Below, one piece after another: positions 22,253 through 30,207 of a stretch of DNA of 64,000 nucleotides; position 1 is the stretch's first letter, and the number at the start of each line of letters is the position of its first letter. The notes under the pieces are model-generated. The model was not told the DNA's origin. It worked only from the letters and a program-made list of their open reading frames with translations, and did not search any database. The position numbers were made by a program, and so were the translations under genes. The stretch is from the NCBI GenBank assembly GCA_050260515.1, contig JBLNCI010000043.1, forward strand, positions 173,245 to 237,244, written 5' to 3'. The DNA comes from Gemmatimonas sp. (GTDB lineage Bacteria; Pseudomonadota; Alphaproteobacteria; SMXQ01).

Positions 22253-22956
22253 GTGAGTTCAGGTTGCTGCGCCGCGATGCCGAGCATCCGGCGCAGCAGC
22301 CTCCCGCCCCGGGTCTTTTCCGTCTGGAACGCGCGGCGGCACTCGGCTCCGCGATAAACAACAATGTTGCCGCTGTCGTCGTGGGCAGCGTCTCCGAAGC
22401 CCCACAATCGCGCGGACCGGGCGACGATGAGGCCGATTTCGCCGTGGGCGGCTCGCGGAATCAAAGTGTCACGCACGAATGCCCCTGCAATGCGAGATGA
22501 TGGCAGCCGTCGCGCGGCGCGGCGGGCGACAGCGCCTTCCTTGGAATGATAGGGAACCAGCTGGATCACGCACATGTCCCCAGTATGCTCCTCGCGAATG
22601 TCATCGCCGAAGGTACAGGACGCCCACGCATAGCCGGGATGATCGCAGAAACGGTTCTGCAGATACACATAAGGAACGCCGCCCGTCAGGTTGCTCCGGA
22701 GCGCCGCGACGAACTCCGCGTTATCCCGCTCGTATCCATGATCGTGCGGCGAGAGCCCGGGGTTGAGAAAAAGAAGGTAGACCCGCGCCGTGCGAATCGG
22801 CCCGACCCACGGGACGGGCACGAGCTCGGTCGCGAAATGCCCCTCTCCGACGACATCGCGGTCATGGGGATGAACTTTGCGATCACCGAGCGCGGCCCAG
22901 TAGGAGATGAGCTCATCCGCGTCGACGGTTTTGCTGGGATGCGTGCACGCGTCCAT
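22249..22956 (-). CDS. Hypothetical protein, putative uracil-DNA-glycosylase-superfamily fold
   Basis: PVPWVG...VYLLFLNPG and QLVPYHS motifs; more A/T-ending codons than the neighbours. Confidence 0.55.
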   Translation of the reverse strand: MDACTHPSKTVDADELISYWAALGDRKVHPHDRDVVGEGHFATELVPVPWVGPIRTARVYLLFLNPGLSPHDHGYERDNAEFVAALRSNLTGGVPYVYLQNRFCDHPGYAWASCTFGDDIREEHTGDMCVIQLVPYHSKEGAVARRAARRLPSSRIAGAFVRDTLIPRAAHGEIGLIVARSARLWGFGDAAHDDSGNIVVYRGAECRRAFQTEKTRGGRLLRRMLGIAAQQPELT

Positions 22957-23018
22957 TCGGGTCCCGAGTCTCCTGATTGCTCCGGCGCTCGCCGCGGCTC
23001 CATTGAGAGAGAAGGATT

Positions 23019-23438
23019 ATGCAGCAGCAGATTTCTGTCATCACCCTCGCCGTCGCCGATCTCGCGCGGTCGCGACGGTTCTACCGCGAGGGCTTCGGCT
23101 GGTCGCCGGCGTTCGAGAACCCGGAGATCGTCTTCTACCAGATGAACGGTTTCGTGCTCGGCACCTGGCTGCGGACCGCGCTGGAGCAGGACATGCGGCG
23201 CACCACGGACACACCCGGCGGGTTCTCGCTCGCGCACAATGTGCCGACCCGCGAGGACGTGCAGCCGCTGATCGATCGCCTCGCGGGGTTCGGAGGTCAC
23301 GTGCTGCGGCGCGCCGACGCGCCGCCCCACGGCGGGTACCGCGGCTACGTCACCGACCCCGACGACCACGCATGGGAGATCGCGTGGAATCCGGCGTGGC
23401 CGATCAGTCCCGAGGGCTACGTGCGGTTCGCGACGTGA
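23019..23438 (+). CDS. VOC family protein
   Basis: ISVITLAVADLARSRRFY, LAHNV, GY..DPDDHAWEIAWNP. Confidence 0.9.
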   Translation: MQQQISVITLAVADLARSRRFYREGFGWSPAFENPEIVFYQMNGFVLGTWLRTALEQDMRRTTDTPGGFSLAHNVPTREDVQPLIDRLAGFGGHVLRRADAPPHGGYRGYVTDPDDHAWEIAWNPAWPISPEGYVRFAT

Positions 23439-23456
23439 CGAATATGCGCGCCGCGC

Positions 23457-24188
23457 TCAGTGCTCGCGGCGCTCGGCGACCTGCGGCGGGATCTGCGGCA
23501 CGCGGTCGAAGGTCTTCGGCACCAGCGGCGTCGGCGCGGCCACCGCGTTCGCGGCGACGGCCGGCTGCGGATCGGGCTCGGCGCTCGCGCACGGGCCCGG
23601 CCGGTACGTCGCGCGGCACAGCGCGATCGTTTTGGCTCCGGCGAAGCCGATGCTCTTCGCCTGCGCGACCGGGACCGCGCCGCTGCCAAGCAGCGGCTGG
23701 CCGGCGATGACCCAGAACGACGCGCCCTTCTGGCCGGAGTCGCCCTCCAGCGGAACGACGATGGGGCTGTAGAAGCGGCCGGCCACCACCGCGCGGTCGG
23801 CGTTGGCGAAATCGGGGAACTCGCCCAGCGCGAGAAACGTCGCCTCGCTGTTGTCGGGCCGAGGCGGCAGCGGCGTCCGCGCCGGAGGCTGCGCCAGCGG
23901 CGGCGGCGCATCGATCACCGCGACCTCGGGCTCGGCGACGCGGTCGCGGCACAGCACGCCGCTCTCGATCAGGCCGAAGGTCGAGCAGTCCTGCCCGCTC
24001 ACCGCCGACATCGCGTGGTCGCTGACGCTCTTGCCGGTAGTCGCGAAGGTCGCGCCGTTGGCGGCCACCTGGGCGACGGTCAGCGCTGCGGGCGCGGCGC
24101 AGCCCTCGAGCGACAGCAGGGCGAGCATCGCCGCGCCGACCAGCAGCGCCGCCGTCGAGACTCCTCCGTGCATCGCCCGCGTACCCAT
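23457..24188 (-). CDS. Hypothetical lipoprotein
   Basis: Lipobox LEGC after a hydrophobic stretch, TGKSVSDHAMSAVSGQDC segment, Pro-rich linker; GGAG upstream of ATG 24188. Confidence 0.65.
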   Translation of the reverse strand: MGTRAMHGGVSTAALLVGAAMLALLSLEGCAAPAALTVAQVAANGATFATTGKSVSDHAMSAVSGQDCSTFGLIESGVLCRDRVAEPEVAVIDAPPPLAQPPARTPLPPRPDNSEATFLALGEFPDFANADRAVVAGRFYSPIVVPLEGDSGQKGASFWVIAGQPLLGSGAVPVAQAKSIGFAGAKTIALCRATYRPGPCASAEPDPQPAVAANAVAAPTPLVPKTFDRVPQIPPQVAERREH

Positions 24189-24241
24189 TGGCGTTCTCCG
24201 CCGCGGAATGCGGCAGTGGACGACAGGGTCTGCCCGGCCCT

Positions 24242-24256
24242 TTAACCGGAGGTTAA
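24242..24256. promoter_or_regulatory. CtrA-binding box TTAA-N7-TTAA
   Basis: TTAA CCGGAGG TTAA is an exact consensus match in a GC-rich genome, ~54 bp upstream of the lipoprotein start. Confidence 0.7.
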
Positions 24257-24364
24257 AGATTGGGCGCGGTCGCGCGGTTTTCGCGGAAAAAGAGCGGAAA
24301 AAGCGGCGGGGCCAGCGATTCCGCCGCGCGGCGCGTTTCGTTTTCCGCCGATCCGCCGCACGGC

Positions 24365-25354
24365 CTAAATGTTCGTCGACACCTCGATGTGCGGCGGGAA
24401 CACCTCCTCGGGCTTCATCAGCCGCCTGGCGATGCCCTGCTCGTACGCCCACGTCAGCCACGCGGTGAGCGTCGGCCGGTTGGCCTCGATGCCGTAGCTG
24501 TGGGTGTCGTCGCCGAACACTTTCTTCAGGCCACGCGAGTAGTCGGTGAGCCACGGCACCGGATACGACGAGATCGCGTTGTCGTTGATGCGGTGCAGGC
24601 TGTTCCGTTTCGACTCCTCGAACGCGGTGAACAGATTGCGCGCGACCCACGGGTGCTTCGCGAGCACCGAGCGCTTCATCGCGATGATGTGCATGATCGG
24701 GAAGATCTTCGTCTTCGCGTAGTACTCCATCTCGATCGCGCGGAAGTCCGGAAACAGCCGCGCGACGTCCGGGTGTCCCTTGCGGAAGCAGCTCGGCTCG
24801 CGGGCGATCATCGCCGCGTCGATCTCGCCTTTCGCCAGCATGTCCGACAGCGTCTTGTCGGCGATGCGCTCGACCTTGATCCCGTTCGGGAGATCGAGCT
24901 CGACCTTCTCGATGCGGCCCGCCTGCTCGGTGCCGGCCTGCACCCAGTGGATCTCGCTCAGCGGAATGCCGACGTCGTGCATCAGGTAGCCGCGCGTGTA
25001 GACGGCGGCGCTCTGCGCCCACTCGGGCAGGCCGACGCGCTTGCCGCGGAGGTCGGCCGGGCCTTTGATGCCCTTCCTGGTGTTGATGTAGAACGACGAG
25101 AAGCGGAACTGCCGCGACGGAAACACCGGCAGGCCGATCAGGTCGCTGTCGGGCTGCGACACGAGGTTGGCGAACTTCGCCGACGACAGCTCCGAGACGT
25201 CGAACTCGCGGTTGAAGATCATCCGCGAGAACACCTCGTGGATCTCCATGCAGAGATAGGTGACGTCGATGCCCTCGGGCCGCACCAGGCCGAAGCGCAG
25301 GTCGCGCAGGTGATCGTAGTCGTCGGTGGCGATGGTGATCGGAACGTTGGGCAC
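24365..25354 (-). CDS. 4,5-dihydroxyphthalate decarboxylase-like / ABC substrate-binding-fold protein
   Basis: DYDH.RDL..G.V.PEG, EFDVSELS, PVFPSR.FR, PEWAQSAAVYTRG, IFPIMH, YGIEANR; GTG start. Confidence 0.8.
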   Translation of the reverse strand: MPNVPITIATDDYDHLRDLRFGLVRPEGIDVTYLCMEIHEVFSRMIFNREFDVSELSSAKFANLVSQPDSDLIGLPVFPSRQFRFSSFYINTRKGIKGPADLRGKRVGLPEWAQSAAVYTRGYLMHDVGIPLSEIHWVQAGTEQAGRIEKVELDLPNGIKVERIADKTLSDMLAKGEIDAAMIAREPSCFRKGHPDVARLFPDFRAIEMEYYAKTKIFPIMHIIAMKRSVLAKHPWVARNLFTAFEESKRNSLHRINDNAISSYPVPWLTDYSRGLKKVFGDDTHSYGIEANRPTLTAWLTWAYEQGIARRLMKPEEVFPPHIEVSTNI

Positions 25355-25439
25355 GCGGGCTCCCCTCTTCTCTGCGCCGGAGTCGGGCGGCGCGGATCGT
25401 AGCGGGGAGACGGACGCAGCGAAAGGGCGCCTCGCAGCG

Positions 25440-25481
25440 CCTACCGGAACACCTTGAGGTTGAGCTCCGGCATCGCGCCCA
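25440..25481. repeat. 42-bp direct repeat, orphan copy of the 3' end of the DOPA dioxygenase gene
   Basis: cctaccggaacaccttgaggttgagctccggcatcgcgccca, identical to 26416-26457. Confidence 0.92.
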
Positions 25482-25505
25482 CCCGTGGGGCGTGGGCTGC
25501 GTGGC

Positions 25506-26306
25506 TCAAGGTCGCGACGCGACCACCGATTCGATGAACGCGACGGTTTCGTCGATCGAAGCGGTCGGCGCGTCGAAGTGCTCGACCTGCGGCTCGAACA
25601 GGCGGGTCAGCGGATTCTTCGGAACCGCGCTGAACAAGTTCTTCGAATACACGCCAAAGCCGTGGGCGACATCGCCCGACGAGACGATATAGAGCACCGG
25701 CAGCTCCGGCGGCAGCGCGGCGATGTTGCGCTTGAAATTGAGCGGTCCTTCGGGCTCGAAATACGACAGAATCGCCGCCGCCGGAGCGCGCACGGGGAAG
25801 CGCCCGACGTGCGGCTCGAATTCGCGGAAGGTGATCTTCTCGCCGCCACGGCCCGCGGTCACGGCGTCGCGCAGCTTCTGAACCTCATCGGCAAGAGTTT
25901 TGATGTAGGTGGGATTCTCGGGAAAGGCCCCGGGTGCGATCGCGATCACGCCGTCGAGGGGATGGGCGACGGCGTAATGGATCGCCACCACGGCGCCGAT
26001 GCTGTGGCCGGCTAGGAACACGCGCCGGGCGCCCTTGTCACGCAGCGCTTTCAGGCCGTTCTCGATCTCGACGTCAGACTGCTCAACGCTGACGTCGTAC
26101 TCGCGGGCGCCCCATGCCATCCCCGGGTTGGCAACGAGGTAGCCCCGCTTCTCGAGCGCGTTGGCGAGGCCGCCGACGTAGGACTTCTTCCCCTTGCCGT
26201 GCATCACGAAGACGCCGACCTTCGCCTCCTGGGCAAGCGCGCCGTGCCACGACGCGCCGAGAACCAGGACGACCAAGACCGAGACGAGAAGCCGCCATCC
26301 ACCCAT
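25506..26306 (-). CDS. Secreted alpha/beta hydrolase
   Basis: Signal peptide (..HGALA-QE), MHGKG, GHSIG nucleophile elbow, C-terminal His (EHFDAP). Confidence 0.8.
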   Translation of the reverse strand: MGGWRLLVSVLVVLVLGASWHGALAQEAKVGVFVMHGKGKKSYVGGLANALEKRGYLVANPGMAWGAREYDVSVEQSDVEIENGLKALRDKGARRVFLAGHSIGAVVAIHYAVAHPLDGVIAIAPGAFPENPTYIKTLADEVQKLRDAVTAGRGGEKITFREFEPHVGRFPVRAPAAAILSYFEPEGPLNFKRNIAALPPELPVLYIVSSGDVAHGFGVYSKNLFSAVPKNPLTRLFEPQVEHFDAPTASIDETVAFIESVVASRP

Positions 26307-26416
26307 GTGTTTCCCCACCCACCCGCGCGCCGTGCGTCGCCGGCGCTTGTCGTTACGTGGCGGGCATCATACAGGCGGCGCGCCTCGGAGCAACGCGGTC
26401 CGAAGATATCTCGCCC

Positions 26417-26779
26417 CTACCGGAACACCTTGAGGTTGAGCTCCGGCATCGCGCCCATCCACAGCGCGTGCTTGGTGTGGTCGGCGAGGTCGTCGCCGGT
26501 GTCGGGGTGCACCAGCACAACGAGGCGGCCGCGGTTGAGCGCGAGCCACGGCACGACGCGGCCCATGTCCTCGGGCCGGAACAGGATCTGGAACATCGGC
26601 AGCGGGTGCGGGCCCACGGGCTGGTCGTGGACGCGCCCGACCACCACCTCGAACTCCTCGGCGATGCGCGTCCGGAGCTTCAGCGCCTCGTCGCGCGTCA
26701 TCGGATCGAAGTAGACGTGGGCGTGCCACGCCTCGATGCGCGGGGCCCGCGAGATGATCGCGGCATCGCGATCGGCCAT
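26417..26779 (-). CDS. DOPA 4,5-dioxygenase family protein
   Basis: WHAHVYFD, VGPHP, WLALNRG.L.VLVHP.TG...DHT..ALWMG. Confidence 0.92.
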   Translation of the reverse strand: MADRDAAIISRAPRIEAWHAHVYFDPMTRDEALKLRTRIAEEFEVVVGRVHDQPVGPHPLPMFQILFRPEDMGRVVPWLALNRGRLVVLVHPDTGDDLADHTKHALWMGAMPELNLKVFR

Positions 26780-27450
26780 CACTGCGCCGGCTGAGCGGTT
26801 CCGCCCGACGGCGCGGGCGACGGCGGCGCGGGCGCGTTGAAGCTGCCGATCGGCCCGCCGGGCACGCGCTGCGGCGCGGCCTTGGGCAGCGCCTGCGGGT
26901 ACGCGGCGAGGATCTTCTGCTGCACCTCGTTCACGTTGTAGGCCCCGGTCGAGAGCCGCGGCTCGACGCGCACCTGGACGCGCACCGTGACGTCGACGAC
27001 GGTGCGGCGGTCGCGGCTGTAGTACGGCGCCGGATAGAAGCCGGGCCCGCAGGTGCGGCAGGGATAGCCGCGGTAGCCCCACGGGTCGTAGAACGGGTCG
27101 TCCTCGACGTCGACGCGCACGTCGTTGTCGCGGTTGAGCTCACGGAACGCCGGCATGTTCCGCGTCTGCGCGAGATCGGCGGCGCGCAACAGCGCCATGT
27201 CGTGCGCCATCGCGGTCTGGTCGGCGACGACGCGGTCGCGGGTCGCGCGGCCGTAGGCGTAGGTGGTGTAGATCGGCGCCCGGTACGTCACCTCGTAGGT
27301 GTCGGGGCCGGTGGCGCGGTCCGCGTAGCCGTAGGTCGAGCCGCCGTAGGGAACGTACAGCGGCCGCTCGCCGGCGCAGCCCGCGGCGAGCAACATGAGC
27401 GCGAACACGGCGGCGATGCGCGCCTTCGTGAACGGCCGAACCATCGTCAT
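26779..27450 (-). CDS. Lipoprotein, CC0125/CC1285-like
   Basis: Lipobox AAGC, Y.P....YGYAD......YEVTY, ALLRAADLA. Confidence 0.65.
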   Translation of the reverse strand: MTMVRPFTKARIAAVFALMLLAAGCAGERPLYVPYGGSTYGYADRATGPDTYEVTYRAPIYTTYAYGRATRDRVVADQTAMAHDMALLRAADLAQTRNMPAFRELNRDNDVRVDVEDDPFYDPWGYRGYPCRTCGPGFYPAPYYSRDRRTVVDVTVRVQVRVEPRLSTGAYNVNEVQQKILAAYPQALPKAAPQRVPGGPIGSFNAPAPPSPAPSGGTAQPAQ

Positions 27451-27497
27451 CCTCATCTCCTTGCGCCGAGCTGTCTGCGCATCGTACCGCGCCACCG

Positions 27498-28328
27498 TTA
27501 CTGAAGGGTGGGCGCGGGGAAACGCGCGACCGACGCATGCCCGTACTGATCGACGAGGCGCACGCGCACCGACCACTGCGACGCGGTCCGCCGGTAGGTG
27601 TCCGGGTCGGCGAGCTGGAACCGCGCCACCGAGCGCGTCGCATTGTCCTCGCGCTCGTAGCCGCCGCCCCCGAGCGGGAAGCCGATGCCGAGTCCGACCG
27701 CGGTACCGCTGTGGGATCCCCCCCACGAGCTCATGCCGACGCCGATGTTGCTGCCGCTCCCGGCGGTGTAGTCGTAGCGCGCCTGAGTGCGGCTGATGTC
27801 GTTTGCCGCGAACGCCTTGCCGTCGGGCGCCACCAGCTCGACGCGGTCGACGCGGTAGAACCGCGCGGAGTCGATCACCTCGACCCACACCACGTCGCCC
27901 TGCATGCCGCCGCGCCAGTTGACCGCGGGCCCGACCGGCGCGCCCGGCACGGTCGACGGAGTGCCGGCCGGCGGGTTCCAGCGGATCGGGCCGTCGCCCG
28001 CGACCGGCGGTCCGGACGGCGCCGGAGCCGGTGCCGCTCCCGTGGAGGTGCCTGTCGAGGTGCCTGTCGAGGTGCCTGTCGACGGCGCGGGTGCCGGGAG
28101 CGTGCGCGGCGCGTTCTGCGCCGACGATCCCGCCGCGGGCTCATTCCACTGGATCGTGCCGCCCGGCGCGGGAGCGGCTCCGGCCGAAGGCGCGGTCTCG
28201 GCGGTGGGCTGGACGGGCGTGCCCTGGGATTCGCGCGGACGATCGGCGCACGCGGCGAGCGCGAGCGCCGCCGCAGCGGCCACGGCGAAACGGGCGATGG
28301 CCAGACGGCCGGAAGCAACACGCGTCAT
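27498..28328 (-). CDS. Pro/Thr-rich hypothetical lipoprotein
   Basis: Lipobox LAAC, low-complexity linker, GVGMSSWGGS..GLGIGFP segment. Confidence 0.65.
   Translation of the reverse strand: MTRVASGRLAIARFAVAAAAALALAACADRPRESQGTPVQPTAETAPSAGAAPAPGGTIQWNEPAAGSSAQNAPRTLPAPAPSTGTSTGTSTGTSTGAAPAPAPSGPPVAGDGPIRWNPPAGTPSTVPGAPVGPAVNWRGGMQGDVVWVEVIDSARFYRVDRVELVAPDGKAFAANDISRTQARYDYTAGSGSNIGVGMSSWGGSHSGTAVGLGIGFPLGGGGYEREDNATRSVARFQLADPDTYRRTASQWSVRVRLVDQYGHASVARFPAPTLQ
28045..28082. repeat. 12-bp tandem repeat (gaggtgcctgtc x3) encoding TGTS repeats
   Basis: Directly visible; in-frame within the lipoprotein linker. Confidence 0.85.
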
Positions 28329-28519
28329 GGGGACTGTCCTCTTCGGTGCACTCGTCGAACGCTGGGGCGCAAGCCCCGGAAGAGAAACGCCAGAGCAACA
28401 CCGAAGCGTCCTCCGTAAAATGGGCAAAATAAGGACACGGTTCGCCCCGGCCGCCGGTTACCGCGGCGTGAGCACCTGCCGGATGTGTGGTTCGCGTGTG
28501 TGGTTCGCGTTGTACCGGG

Positions 28520-30043
28520 TCACGGCTTGCCCAACGGCGACACCGCCGGGGCCTGGAGCGGTGCGCCGTCGCTCGCGAACTGGGAGCCGTGGCACGGGCA
28601 GTCCCAGCAGACCTCGAAGCTGTTCCAGTGCACCGTGCAGCCGGCGTGGGTGCAGGCGGCGAGCCGACGGGTCACCGCGCCCGATCCGTCGCGGTACACG
28701 GCGTTGAGCTTGCCGTCGACCTTCACCAGCGCGCCCGTGCCGGGCCGGACGGCGTCGACCGACTCGGCGCTGGCGCCCTCCTCCTGCGCGCCGAGGCCGA
28801 TCATCTCCTTGGCGGCGTCGATGTTCTCCTTCACGTACTCGACGATGCCGCGGGTGATCTTGCGCGCGGGGTCGTAGAGCGCCGCCCACAGGTTGTCGCG
28901 ACCGGCGACGAGATCGTTGAGGATCAGCGCGGCGGCGACGGCGGTCGTCATGCCCTGCCCGCTGTCGCCGGTGACGAGCCAGACGCGCTCGTGCTCGGGG
29001 CTGCGGCCGATGAAGCCCGCGTAGTCGGCGGGCTCGTACACCTGGCCCGACCACCGGTGGGTCACCGCGCCCATCGCCGGATAGCGCTCGCGGGTCCAGC
29101 GCTCGAGCCGCGCGAGGCGCTCGGTCATGTCGTCGGCTTCGCCGGACTTGTGATCCTCGCCGCCGACGATCAGAGAATCCTCGCGCTCGCCGGGCTGGAT
29201 GCGGACGTAGTGGTAGGGGTCGAGCGTGTCCCACACCAGCGCGTCGGGCGCGCCGCCCTTCGGCACCGAGGCGGCGAACGCATACGTGCGATACGGCGCC
29301 TGCTTCGAGTGCACCGGCACTTTCAGATGGAATGGCGAGTTCGTCGCCACCACGACGTCGCTCGCGACGATCTCGCCGCCGCCGTCGATCTTCGCCGTCA
29401 CGCGCCTGTCCTTCTCCTCGAGCGACACGATCGCCGTGTTGGCGTAGAGCTGGGCGCCGCGCTTCTGCAGGGCGCGGATGAGGCCGTTGAGGAACTTGAC
29501 GGGATGGAACCGCCCCTGGCGCGGGAAGCGGATCGCCGGAGTCTTGAGCCACGCGAGCGCTCCGGCCTCGACCCACGCGGCGTCGGCAAATCCCGCCGCA
29601 TGCGCCGCGTCGAGCTCCTTGCGCAGGAGATCGACGTCGTCGTCCTTGGCCGGCACGAGGAAGCCGTCGAGACGCGCGAAATCGCAGTCGATGCCCTCCT
29701 CGCGGCAGATCGCCTCGATGCGGTCGACCGCGGCGCTCTGGCTCTCGTACCAGCGACGGGCATCGTCGCGTCCGCGGAGATCGGCGAGCTCGGTGTAGAA
29801 GTCGTCGAGCTCGAACGCGAGATGCGCGGTGGTGCGCGCGGTCATCCCGCGCGCGAACCGGCCGCGGTCGACCACGGTGACGGAGCGCCCGGCGCGCGCG
29901 AGCTCGTAAGCGGTCGTCAGCCCGGCGATGCCGGCGCCGATCACCAGCACGTCCGTAGCCGCGCCCCCGGTCAGCGCCGGCAGCTCGATGGCGGGCTCGT
30001 CCATCCACAACGACCGGCTGCGCTCCTGCTCGACGTTGGCCAT
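28520..30043 (-). CDS. FAD-dependent oxidoreductase with C-terminal Rieske domain (YhfW-like)
   Basis: GAGIAG, TARTTAH, FHP.KFL, GGEDHKSG, TGDSGQGMT; CTHAGC...WDCPCHGSQF. Confidence 0.9.
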   Translation of the reverse strand: MANVEQERSRSLWMDEPAIELPALTGGAATDVLVIGAGIAGLTTAYELARAGRSVTVVDRGRFARGMTARTTAHLAFELDDFYTELADLRGRDDARRWYESQSAAVDRIEAICREEGIDCDFARLDGFLVPAKDDDVDLLRKELDAAHAAGFADAAWVEAGALAWLKTPAIRFPRQGRFHPVKFLNGLIRALQKRGAQLYANTAIVSLEEKDRRVTAKIDGGGEIVASDVVVATNSPFHLKVPVHSKQAPYRTYAFAASVPKGGAPDALVWDTLDPYHYVRIQPGEREDSLIVGGEDHKSGEADDMTERLARLERWTRERYPAMGAVTHRWSGQVYEPADYAGFIGRSPEHERVWLVTGDSGQGMTTAVAAALILNDLVAGRDNLWAALYDPARKITRGIVEYVKENIDAAKEMIGLGAQEEGASAESVDAVRPGTGALVKVDGKLNAVYRDGSGAVTRRLAACTHAGCTVHWNSFEVCWDCPCHGSQFASDGAPLQAPAVSPLGKP

Positions 30044-30156
30044 GCACACCTCCGCATCGCGGCCGCGGAAGGCGGCCTCGCGCGATGAGAACGGCGCAGC
30101 GGGCGAAACGTTGCGTCTCGGGAGGGAGCGCCCGCCCGGACAGGACATTCGGACAC

Positions 30157-30184
30157 GAAAAAGGGGCGGGTTTCCCCGCCCCTT
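30157..30184 (-). terminator. Rho-independent terminator
   Basis: Stem aaggggcggg/cccgcccctt with an adjoining A-run, just downstream of the minus-strand Mo-subunit gene. Confidence 0.75.
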
Positions 30185-30207
30185 CGTCCGTGCGAACTGG
30201 CTACGGC

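Noticed and set aside
28520-30043. FAD oxidoreductase-Rieske fusion as a novelty
   Set aside because: A widespread, known YhfW-like architecture.
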